A program made the translations under genes and the position numbers. Of a stretch of DNA of 32,000 nt, positions 24,641 through 32,000 are shown piece after piece; positions within the stretch are counted from its first letter, which is position 1; every line of letters begins with the position of its first letter. The notes beneath the pieces were generated by a model. That model was not told the DNA's origin. It was given only the letters and a program-made list of their open reading frames with translations, and made no database searches. The DNA comes from Erysipelotrichaceae bacterium (GTDB lineage Bacteria; Bacillota_I; Bacilli_A; Erysipelotrichales; Erysipelotrichaceae), in contig OY760660.1 in the NCBI GenBank assembly GCA_963663995.1, positions 660,001 to 692,000 on the forward strand. Reading direction: 5' to 3'.

Positions 24641-25603
24641 CTAGATTAAGCGAATCTGCATATCAAAGAATTCGCGACGTGAAGGTTTTGGCATCGCCAA
24701 AGCTTCAACAATTGGGAACGAAACAATCTTGTTTTGTTTAATTCCAACACAGTGTCCTCCGACACCTTGGGCAATTAAATCAACTGCCTTATCCCCCATA
24801 CGCGTTGCCAAGACACGATCAAATGCAGTAGGTGAACCACCTCTTTGAATATGTCCGAGAACGGTAGCGCGACCCGAGAATGATGTCGCATTTGAAATCT
24901 TTTTAGCTAATAGTTCTACATCTGTAATCTTTTCGCTGATAACGACAATCGCATGTTTTTTCTTACGATTATCATCTAAATAATGTAGACGATCTAACAT
25001 CGCTTCTTCATCATACCCTGTTTCAGGTGTAACGACAATTTCTGCCCCACAGCTGATGGCTGAAAATAGTGCTAAATCACCACAGTGATTTCCCATAACT
25101 TCAACCACAGAACATCTGTGATGGGAAGACGATGTGTCCCTTAATTTATCGATGTTTTGAATGACGGTATTTAAGGCCGTATCAAAACCAATGGTATATT
25201 CAGTGCTTGAAATATCATTGTCAATTGTACCTGGTAAACCAATACAATTAATTCCCATATCAGTTAGAGCTTGAGCCCCTTTATAGGTACCATCTCCACC
25301 AATAACCACAACGGCTTCAATGCCATGTTCTTTTAAATTGGCCACTGCTTGTTTACGAACTTCATCTAATTTGAATTCAGGTAAACGAGCAGAACCTAAA
25401 ATTGTTCCACCTCTAAATACAATGTCACTAACACTTTTGGTTGTCATCGGATAAATATTTCCTTCAACCATTCCTTTATAACCATCTTCGATGGCCATGA
25501 CTTCCATTCCTCTGGCAATCGCTGATCTTACCACAGCTCTGATTGCCGCATTCATTCCAGGAGCATCGCCACCGGATGTGAGTACGCCGATACGTTTTAC
25601 CAT
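24641..25603 (-). CDS. pfkA: ATP-dependent 6-phosphofructokinase
   Basis: 320 aa. Contains IGVLTSGGDAPGMNAAIR, VIGGDGTYKGA, GLPGTIDNDI and GHIQRGG. SD GGAGG lies 8 nt upstream. Confidence 0.95.
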   Translation of the reverse strand: MVKRIGVLTSGGDAPGMNAAIRAVVRSAIARGMEVMAIEDGYKGMVEGNIYPMTTKSVSDIVFRGGTILGSARLPEFKLDEVRKQAVANLKEHGIEAVVVIGGDGTYKGAQALTDMGINCIGLPGTIDNDISSTEYTIGFDTALNTVIQNIDKLRDTSSSHHRCSVVEVMGNHCGDLALFSAISCGAEIVVTPETGYDEEAMLDRLHYLDDNRKKKHAIVVISEKITDVELLAKKISNATSFSGRATVLGHIQRGGSPTAFDRVLATRMGDKAVDLIAQGVGGHCVGIKQNKIVSFPIVEALAMPKPSRREFFDMQIRLI

Positions 25604-25621
25604 TTGTTACGCCTCCAAACC

Positions 25622-25648
25622 ATTATATATTCTAACATCATATGTGAA
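25622..25648 (-). promoter_or_regulatory. Candidate pfkA promoter (TTCACA-15 nt-TATAAT)
   Basis: Consensus TATAAT at 25627-25622 and TTCACA at 25648-25643 on the minus strand. The spacer is short, so the -35 assignment is uncertain. Confidence 0.4.
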
Positions 25649-25657
25649 TTTTTTCAT

Positions 25658-25680
25658 AAAAAAAGGGTGAAAATTACCCT
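25658..25680 (-). terminator. Weak intrinsic terminator after dnaI
   Basis: 5-bp stem AGGGT/ACCCT with a 7-nt loop, followed by a run of 6-7 U on the minus strand. It overlaps the dnaI stop codon. Confidence 0.35.
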
Positions 25681-26585
25681 CTTCTATTGACACCTTGTAC
25701 GGCACATGGATTTGAAAGCGTTTGAATTCTCTCAATCATACGCATTGACTTAATTTGTTCATCATCAGCCTTATTGTTAAAACGATAATGATTCTCTAAT
25801 GCCTTCATTGAATGATTAGATGTAAAAAGCGTTAAAGCATTACTTTCCATTCGTGCATTTAAGATAGGAAATAAGACTTCATCTCTAAAATAGGAGGTAT
25901 AAGTCTCTGCCCCGATATCATCAAAAACGACACAATAAGCTTTCTTTAAAAGATACATATATTGTTCTTTTTCAGGACCTTCATAAAAACTATTAGGGAA
26001 TTTAGAGGCAAGGGTTGGTATGTGAACACAGGCGACTTTATGTCCTTTAAGGGCAAAGTAATTCGCTATCGCCATCGCTAAATGTGTTTTACCTGTTCCT
26101 GGCGCACCATAAAAGTAGAAACCTTTTTGACTTTGATTCTTAAACCAATCAATCACTGATTTTAATGAAGCTTTATAATTCACATCACTCTTTTGATCAA
26201 AAAGTGATTCAATACGACTTTCCAAGAATGATTCATCACACTCTAAAATTGAATATTGTTTTTTATGGGCTCTTAATTGTTCTTGATGTATTTGATATGT
26301 ACAAGCTTGATATTCACGACTGGTTAGTGGTTCAACTTGGATGCCTAAAACATAGCCACGATGATCTTGTTTACAAGCATGTAAGCCTGGACAATGATCA
26401 CACTTACCCTTTTCTTTAACATAATCCGCTAACATCTGTGCTTTCTTCTCTATAAAAGTTTCGTCTAAATGGTTCTCACGCAAAAAAGCTTGAACAATCT
26501 TGTTTTCTTTTAAGTCATGAATCAGTGCATTTCTCTCTTTTTCTTGCACAGCGCTTAGTTTAAAATCAAATTTTAATTCTTGCAT
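25674..26585 (-). CDS. dnaI: Primosomal helicase loader DnaI (AAA+)
   Basis: 303 aa. N-terminal Zn-type segment CDHCPGLHAC. Walker A GAPGTGKTHLA and Walker B VVFDDIG are present. It directly follows the Firmicute dnaB gene. Confidence 0.85.
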   Translation of the reverse strand: MQELKFDFKLSAVQEKERNALIHDLKENKIVQAFLRENHLDETFIEKKAQMLADYVKEKGKCDHCPGLHACKQDHRGYVLGIQVEPLTSREYQACTYQIHQEQLRAHKKQYSILECDESFLESRIESLFDQKSDVNYKASLKSVIDWFKNQSQKGFYFYGAPGTGKTHLAMAIANYFALKGHKVACVHIPTLASKFPNSFYEGPEKEQYMYLLKKAYCVVFDDIGAETYTSYFRDEVLFPILNARMESNALTLFTSNHSMKALENHYRFNNKADDEQIKSMRMIERIQTLSNPCAVQGVNRRG

Positions 26586-26586
26586 C

Positions 26587-27717
26587 TTACTTTATTTCTT
26601 TTAAAGCCATTTCTAAGGCTTTCAGTTCAGCTTCACTTAGATTAATTTCTTTATTTGAATAATCTGTTTTTTCTTCTACTCGTTTTTTAGATGATTTAAA
26701 TTCATTTACTTTTTTAAAGGCTTCTTCTTTCGAATAAACGTTTGAAACAGCCCATTGCATGGCCACTTCTTCTAAAACCTTTGTATTTATTTTAGAACGA
26801 AATTGATTAAAATGCGCTTCAATTAATACATTTAAGACTTCCGGTTTTAAACCAACTTCACTGACCAGTCTAACAAGTACATATTTCTCTAAAGCTGTCG
26901 CAGCAATGCCTTTACGTAATCTCTTTAAGAAGATTGATGGTGGATAATCATAAGGATCATCTTTTTCAACCATGTCTTCAACCTCTTGTTTGGCTGCACA
27001 TTTGCGTAATTTATCAAAATTTAAAGTTGCATCGTTTTTAGCGCAAGCTTTACCAACACACTCAATCATTTGTTTGACTGATAAGCCATAAACTGAGCCT
27101 ATTTCCGAGATCGCTGCAATCGCATGCTCAGTCCGTTTATGATGGGGGAAAACTAGATCACTACATTGATTTAAGAAAGCAATTAAATCAAAGGATAAAT
27201 TTTCACTTTTGTGTCTGATAATTTTTTCTTGTTTAAATTGTTTCTCATCTTCATTGGTCCAAGATTGAATATTGGCTGACGCTTTTATCTCATAATCATC
27301 ATAACCTTCATTTGAGAGATTATCTTGTGATTCAGACTTTAATTTTTCAAAGGCTTCAGGACCAATTTTTTTAAGTAATTGGCGACCTAATACATCATGT
27401 CGACAAAATTCTTGTATCGATAAACAATGATTAAAATGAAGTCGAAGATGATTTGTGTTTTGCTTCTTTACTTTAATATCAATGACTTCACATTGAACCA
27501 AACGATCTAAAGCTTGATTAAACTGACTTAGATTTAAACCAGTATTTAGACAAAGTTCTTTCAGACTTAATGATTGAGTATTAGTACGTTTTAGAAATTC
27601 AAACACAAAAAAAGCTTCTGCTTGAATAAGCACACCATAAGTGCGCATAAAAGCACTTGAACTTACTTCAATTGATGGGTTTAAAACATGTATGGTATCA
27701 AGTTCATTTAATTTCAT
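26587..27717 (-). CDS. dnaB: Replication initiation/membrane attachment protein DnaB (Firmicute DnaB/DnaD-domain type, not the helicase)
   Basis: 376 aa. The stop lies 1 nt before the dnaI ATG. The call rests on the conserved dnaB-dnaI gene pair context, size, and a helical DnaD-like repeat character. Sequence-level recognition is weaker than for its neighbours. Confidence 0.65.
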   Translation of the reverse strand: MKLNELDTIHVLNPSIEVSSSAFMRTYGVLIQAEAFFVFEFLKRTNTQSLSLKELCLNTGLNLSQFNQALDRLVQCEVIDIKVKKQNTNHLRLHFNHCLSIQEFCRHDVLGRQLLKKIGPEAFEKLKSESQDNLSNEGYDDYEIKASANIQSWTNEDEKQFKQEKIIRHKSENLSFDLIAFLNQCSDLVFPHHKRTEHAIAAISEIGSVYGLSVKQMIECVGKACAKNDATLNFDKLRKCAAKQEVEDMVEKDDPYDYPPSIFLKRLRKGIAATALEKYVLVRLVSEVGLKPEVLNVLIEAHFNQFRSKINTKVLEEVAMQWAVSNVYSKEEAFKKVNEFKSSKKRVEEKTDYSNKEINLSEAELKALEMALKEIK

Positions 27718-28285
27718 AATTCAAACTGTGTAAGTATTGTATCACTTTTTCTTTTAGTTCTTCTTTCGTTCCATTGTTTTCAATGACATAAGTAGAAAGT
27801 TCCCTTTTCTCATCAACACTCATTTGATGAGCCCAGCGTTTTTCAATCTCTTCAAGACTTAAACCTCGATTTTTCGTTAAGCGATCAATCGCTTGCTCTT
27901 TAGCACAGACAATACATAAACTTTGATCAAAATAGGATTGACCACTTGTTTCAAATAAGAGTGGAACTTCAGAAAAAGCTAAAGGATATTTTATTCCTTC
28001 TTCATGAAGTTTTTTATAGACTAAAGGATGGATAAGTGCCTCTAGTTTTATTTTTTCGTTTAAATTGTTAAAAATCCTAAATGAAATGTATTTTCGATCA
28101 ATTTCATTAAAACAACTTAGTGCTTCTTGACCAAAAAGTTCTTTCATTTTTTCTTTAATTTCATCTTTTTGATATAGCTCACTCACAATGTCATCCGCAT
28201 TTAAAACAGGAATCTTAAGTGATTTCAGAATTTCAACTACTTCAGTTTTTCCTGATCCCATGGTTCCGGTAATGGCGATGTGCAT
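27704..28285 (-). CDS. coaE: Dephospho-CoA kinase
   Basis: 193 aa. P-loop IAITGTMGSGKT at the N-terminus, and the size and order fit CoaE. It overlaps mutM by 44 nt and dnaB by 14 nt. Confidence 0.85.
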   Translation of the reverse strand: MHIAITGTMGSGKTEVVEILKSLKIPVLNADDIVSELYQKDEIKEKMKELFGQEALSCFNEIDRKYISFRIFNNLNEKIKLEALIHPLVYKKLHEEGIKYPLAFSEVPLLFETSGQSYFDQSLCIVCAKEQAIDRLTKNRGLSLEEIEKRWAHQMSVDEKRELSTYVIENNGTKEELKEKVIQYLHSLNYEIK

Positions 28286-29093
28286 TTTGACTCACTTTCT
28301 GACAATTCATGCAGTATACACATGATCGTCCATTGACTCTAGCTTTTTCTAATATACTTTGACAAACATGACATGCTTGATAGCCTCTTGCATAGACATG
28401 AAGATGTTGTTGAAATAAACCGTTAATCTCATGACTTACCGCAAATGACTTAATCGTTGAACCTCCATCTTTTAAAGCGAGAGTGAGAATCTTTCGAATC
28501 GATAAGATTAAACGTTCATATTCTTCTAGTGTTACTTTTTGAGCTGATTTAAAGGGTGAGAGTTTCGCATCAAATAAACTTTCATCACTGTAGATGTTGC
28601 CAACACCGGCTATAACTGATTGATCTAAAATAAATGTTTTAACAGGAATTGTTCTTCCTTTTGCCTGTGTTTTTAAATAAGCAGCTGTACAATTCTCATC
28701 AAAAGGTTCTAAGCCTAATTTATCTTTGAAATAAACATCTAAATCATGACAGATATCAATTCGACCAAATTTACGTGTATCGTTATAATCCAATCTAAAG
28801 TCATTGAAGATAAAGGAAGCATGGGTATGCATATGAATTGGATCATCACCATCTTGAACAAAAAATTTCCCTTCCATTCTTAAGTGAATGATGACATAGA
28901 TTTTTTCACAAACAAAGATGATATATTTTCCTCTTCGCTTTAAATCAAGAATTTTTTGTTGGATTAAATCAGTTTTAAAATCTTTATGGTAAGTGATGGC
29001 TGGATAATAGACTTCAAAGTCTTTAATCACTTGATTGATCAACTGTGGTTTTAAATGATTAATAATCGTTTGAACTTCAGGAAGCTCAGGCAT
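28242..29093 (-). CDS. mutM: Formamidopyrimidine-DNA glycosylase
   Basis: 283 aa. The catalytic N-terminus is MPELPEV, followed by an H2TH region. The C-terminal zinc finger is CHVC...CMNC. The start shares one nucleotide with the polA stop (TAATG). Confidence 0.95.
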   Translation of the reverse strand: MPELPEVQTIINHLKPQLINQVIKDFEVYYPAITYHKDFKTDLIQQKILDLKRRGKYIIFVCEKIYVIIHLRMEGKFFVQDGDDPIHMHTHASFIFNDFRLDYNDTRKFGRIDICHDLDVYFKDKLGLEPFDENCTAAYLKTQAKGRTIPVKTFILDQSVIAGVGNIYSDESLFDAKLSPFKSAQKVTLEEYERLILSIRKILTLALKDGGSTIKSFAVSHEINGLFQQHLHVYARGYQACHVCQSILEKARVNGRSCVYCMNCQKVSQNAHRHYRNHGIRKN

Positions 29094-31624
29094 TATTTTG
29101 CCTCATACCAGTTATTACCAACTTCCACTGAAACCTTAAGTGGAACCTCTAAGATAACGGCCTTTTCCATGGCATTAACAACTAAAGTTTTAAGAGCTTC
29201 TAGTTCATCTTTTGGACAATCAAAGACAAGTTCATCGTGTACTTGAACAATCATTTTAGCTTTAAACTTTTGATCAATTAATTTTTGATGAATATCAATC
29301 ATCGCTAATTTCATAATATCCGCAGCACTGCCTTGAATAGGTGCATTCATGGATGCTCGTTTCGCAAATTCACGCACTTGATATGATTTATTATGAATTT
29401 CAGGAATTTCACGACGACGTCTAAAGAGTGTTTCTACATAGCCATTCTCTTCACAAAAAGCAATTGTTTCATTCATATAGGATGAAATACCACTATAAGT
29501 ACTTAAATACTTTTCAATAAAGGTTTTAGCCGTTTTACGATCAGAACCAATTTGTTGAGCTAAACCAAAATCAGAAATTCCATAGATAATTCCAAAGTTA
29601 ACCGCTTTTGCGCTACGTCTGACACTTGAATCAACTTCATCTTCTTTTAATCCAAAGACATCCATGGCAGTTTTTGTATGAATATCTAAACCTGTTGTGA
29701 AAGCTTCAATCAATGACGATTCATGGGCCATGTGTGCTAAAACTCTGAGTTCAATTTGAGAGTAATCACAAGCGAGTAGAACATGTCCTTCATGAGGGAT
29801 AAACGCTTTACGGATCGCTCTTGATTCTTCATCACGAACAGAAATATTTTGTAGATTTGGATCACTGGAGGATAGACGTCCAGTTTGAGCAGTCGTTAAG
29901 TTATAGGCGGTATGAATTTTAGAATCGGCTGAAATATATTTACTTAAACCAATCGCATACGTCGAATAGAGTTTTTGGTATTTACGGTATTCCATTAAGT
30001 CCGCAATAATGGGATGTTGATCAACTAAGCTCTCTAAAACATCAACTGAAGTCGAACGTTTACGATTTGCTGGTAAGCCTAAATGATCAAATAAAACTTC
30101 TGAGAGTTGTTTAGGTGAATTAATATTAAAATTCATTCCTGCCAATTTATAAATGGAATCGGTTAAAGCATTAATTTTAATTAAGGTTGTATCAGCAATA
30201 TCACTAAGAATTGAAGCATCTACTAAGAAGCCTTCTTTTTCCATTTGATAAAGTACCTCAATCATAGGATAATCAATTTTCTTATAGACATCTAAAACAT
30301 CTTTATCACTTAAAGATTTTAATAAATCAGCACTTGTTTTATGTAGAATAAGTGCTAATTCTCTGACTAAATTTTGATTCGCTTCATCATTTTTAGCGAT
30401 TGCTGCACTAGGCCAATGAAAAACTTCAGCACATTTATTGTAGTTATTTAAACTAGAATCTTCGATAAATGCTAACAAAGAAACATCAATCATCTTTGGA
30501 TTAAATTGAACTTTATCTGTTTGTGCATGAAATAAAGTTTTCACATCATAACTAATACAGTCCTTTGTTTCCTTGAGATAGCTTAAGCAAGCTTCATCTT
30601 TAATAATCTCATCAATATCGATATAACAAGAATCTTTTCCGTCACTTAGTGCTAAGCCAAAAAGAGGATGTGGCCAATCACTATCTAAACGATAATGTCC
30701 TACCACTGATAAGGGTTTTGATTGATCCAAATCTTTAAAAGATACCGCCTCATTCAAATCTTCTTTTGCGGCTTCAATATTGATTAATAGAGATTTCATC
30801 TCATACTTTTCAAAAAATTTATTAGCTTCATATGGGGTTGGATTAAAGAGTGTATCCTCTAATTTAATCGCAATATCACCATCTGTCTTAATGGTTGCTA
30901 ACCATTTGGAAAAAGTTGCTTTTTCACTTTGCGTTAAAACCGTTTCTTTTAACTTTCCTTTTAATTCTTCAACATGTTCAAGGACACCTTCAACACTATC
31001 GTACTGAGCTAAAAGCTTAAGTGCTGTTTTCTCACCAACACCTGGTAAACCAGGAATATTATCTGAAGGATCACCCATTAATCCCTTTAAGTCACAGATT
31101 TGTTCAGGACGTAAACCCATTGATGTCATCAATGCTGCTTCATCCATTTCTTCAATTTGACTAATCCCTTTTTTGGTTAACCAAACAGAAGTTGTTTTAT
31201 CTATTAATTGAAGCAAATCTTTATCAGATGATAAGACATTGATATCCCAATCAGGGTAGCGTTTAACTAAAGAACCAATAATATCATCGGCTTCTAGTCC
31301 GTCTTGTTGGTAATAACAATACCCACTTGATTGACAATATTCACGCACTAAAGGAAATTGAGAGATTAACTCTTCAGGTAAGGCTTTACGTGTCCCTTTG
31401 TATTCTTCATAGGCGTCATGTCTAAAAGTCTTTTTACCACTATCAAAGGCAATCACTAAAGCCTGTGGATTAATCAGTTCTAATGCTTTGTTTAACATGT
31501 TCGCAAAACCATATACGGCATTGGTTGCTTGACCAAAAGATGTTGTTGTCATACGCGTATAAGCCGTCGCATAATAAGCTCTAAAGAAGAGTGAATTTCC
31601 ATCCACTAATAACATTTTTTTCAT
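29093..31624 (-). CDS. polA: DNA polymerase I (5' nuclease + vestigial 3'-5' exo-like + polymerase domain)
   Basis: 843 aa. 5'-nuclease motifs include LLVDGNSLFFRAY and GDPSDNIPGLPGVGEKTA. Polymerase motifs are A (LLACDYSQIELRVLAH), B (RRSAKAVNFGIIYG) and C (VHDELVF). No DxE Exo I motif is present in the middle domain, as in Bacillus-type PolA. Confidence 0.95.
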   Translation of the reverse strand: MKKMLLVDGNSLFFRAYYATAYTRMTTTSFGQATNAVYGFANMLNKALELINPQALVIAFDSGKKTFRHDAYEEYKGTRKALPEELISQFPLVREYCQSSGYCYYQQDGLEADDIIGSLVKRYPDWDINVLSSDKDLLQLIDKTTSVWLTKKGISQIEEMDEAALMTSMGLRPEQICDLKGLMGDPSDNIPGLPGVGEKTALKLLAQYDSVEGVLEHVEELKGKLKETVLTQSEKATFSKWLATIKTDGDIAIKLEDTLFNPTPYEANKFFEKYEMKSLLINIEAAKEDLNEAVSFKDLDQSKPLSVVGHYRLDSDWPHPLFGLALSDGKDSCYIDIDEIIKDEACLSYLKETKDCISYDVKTLFHAQTDKVQFNPKMIDVSLLAFIEDSSLNNYNKCAEVFHWPSAAIAKNDEANQNLVRELALILHKTSADLLKSLSDKDVLDVYKKIDYPMIEVLYQMEKEGFLVDASILSDIADTTLIKINALTDSIYKLAGMNFNINSPKQLSEVLFDHLGLPANRKRSTSVDVLESLVDQHPIIADLMEYRKYQKLYSTYAIGLSKYISADSKIHTAYNLTTAQTGRLSSSDPNLQNISVRDEESRAIRKAFIPHEGHVLLACDYSQIELRVLAHMAHESSLIEAFTTGLDIHTKTAMDVFGLKEDEVDSSVRRSAKAVNFGIIYGISDFGLAQQIGSDRKTAKTFIEKYLSTYSGISSYMNETIAFCEENGYVETLFRRRREIPEIHNKSYQVREFAKRASMNAPIQGSAADIMKLAMIDIHQKLIDQKFKAKMIVQVHDELVFDCPKDELEALKTLVVNAMEKAVILEVPLKVSVEVGNNWYEAK

Positions 31625-31642
31625 AAGAATCCTCGCTTTACT

Positions 31643-31651
31643 ATTTTAACA
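31643..31651 (-). promoter_or_regulatory. Candidate extended -10 promoter (TGtTAAAAT) for the polA operon
   Basis: The minus strand reads TGTTAAAAT over 31651-31643. SD GAGGA lies at 31634-31630. It sits just downstream of the terminator of the preceding gene. Confidence 0.45.
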
Positions 31652-31659
31652 TACCCACC

Positions 31660-31683
31660 AAAAGAAAAAGCCCTTAGGGCTTT
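31660..31683 (-). terminator. Intrinsic terminator of the partial upstream gene
   Basis: The minus strand reads AAAGCCC-TAA-GGGCTTT followed by TTCTTTT. The stop codon lies within the 5' arm. Confidence 0.75.
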
Positions 31684-32000
31684 ATTCATTTGTCGTATTT
31701 GTACTTGATTCTTCAGCATAAGCGATGGGCAACATACCTTCTAAAGTTGATAGGTTTTCCCACATCAAGGTAATGTAGTTTTTATTCGCTAATGTATCAT
31801 TATCTGTTAAGAAAGCAATGTTGTGCATTTCAACCGATTGTAGATTTAATTCATCTTTAACGCGTTGGTATAAAGCTTCCATATCCTCAGTCAAGTTTGG
31901 TTCATGTACGATGTATTGAACTTCATCAATTTGAATACGCTCAAGCATAAGGGCAAGTTGTTCTTCAGTTGGTAAAACACCATAACGTGAAAGAATCAGT
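31682..32000 (-). CDS. Hypothetical protein, 5'-truncated by the window edge
   Basis: The ORF track lists 88 aa from Met 31948. The same frame stays open to position 32000 (...LILSRYGVLPTEEQLALMLERIQ...), so the gene probably begins outside the window. The tail is acidic with a T/N-rich end. I recognise no family. Confidence 0.5.
   Translation of the reverse strand, partial: LILSRYGVLPTEEQLALMLERIQIDEVQYIVHEPNLTEDMEALYQRVKDELNLQSVEMHNIAFLTDNDTLANKNYITLMWENLSTLEGMLPIAYAEESSTNTTNE

Noticed and set aside
1-32000. Search for CRISPR arrays, tRNA/rRNA genes, IS elements, integrases, long direct or inverted repeats, and canonical defence-system genes.
   Set aside because: I recognised none by eye. 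There are no spaced repeat arrays, no transposase or integrase-like ORFs, and no cloverleaf-like GC-rich segments. The only paralogous DNA is the diverged GGDEF triplet. A computational repeat and tRNA scan would be needed to be definitive.

Overview
AT-rich chromosomal segment from a low-GC Gram-positive-type bacterium (Bacillota or Mollicutes-like; this is a guess from standard-code ORFs, GGAGG-type Shine-Dalgarno (SD) sites, lipoboxes and a T-box leader). I support 28 protein genes, 25 of them on the minus strand. There are no rRNA or tRNA genes, CRISPR arrays, transposases or integrases.

Housekeeping backbone, read along the minus strand from right to left:
- polA-mutM-coaE-dnaB(Firmicute type)-dnaI, tightly packed or overlapping
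- pfkA-pyk-ROK kinase-pepS
- a Thr-specific T-box leader, then thrS

This order parallels the Bacillus polA...dnaB-dnaI...thrS neighbourhood.

Less ordinary content sits between and to the left of these blocks:
1. A three-gene operon: VTC-like (triphosphate-tunnel) polyphosphate-polymerase-domain protein, DUF4956 membrane protein, and Cthe_2159-type beta-helix lipoprotein (17247-20382). This is my best candidate for an uncharacterised system.
2. A TetR-MMPL-small membrane protein operon with a dyad operator.
3. An orphan solute-binding-like lipoprotein translationally abutting thrS.
4. Three tandem paralogous 6-TM GGDEF diguanylate cyclases (6348-9888). None has an SD, and each has a -10-like box 6 nt before its ATG.
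5. A modular secreted nuclease lipoprotein.
6. An RpiR / GH1 6-phospho-beta-glucosidase / PTS EIIBC sugar operon, divergent from an MFS transporter.

I corrected four ORF-track start codons, using SD sites or a lipoprotein signal peptide as evidence. Most small ORFs overlapping real genes are rejected as antisense or alternate-frame artefacts.
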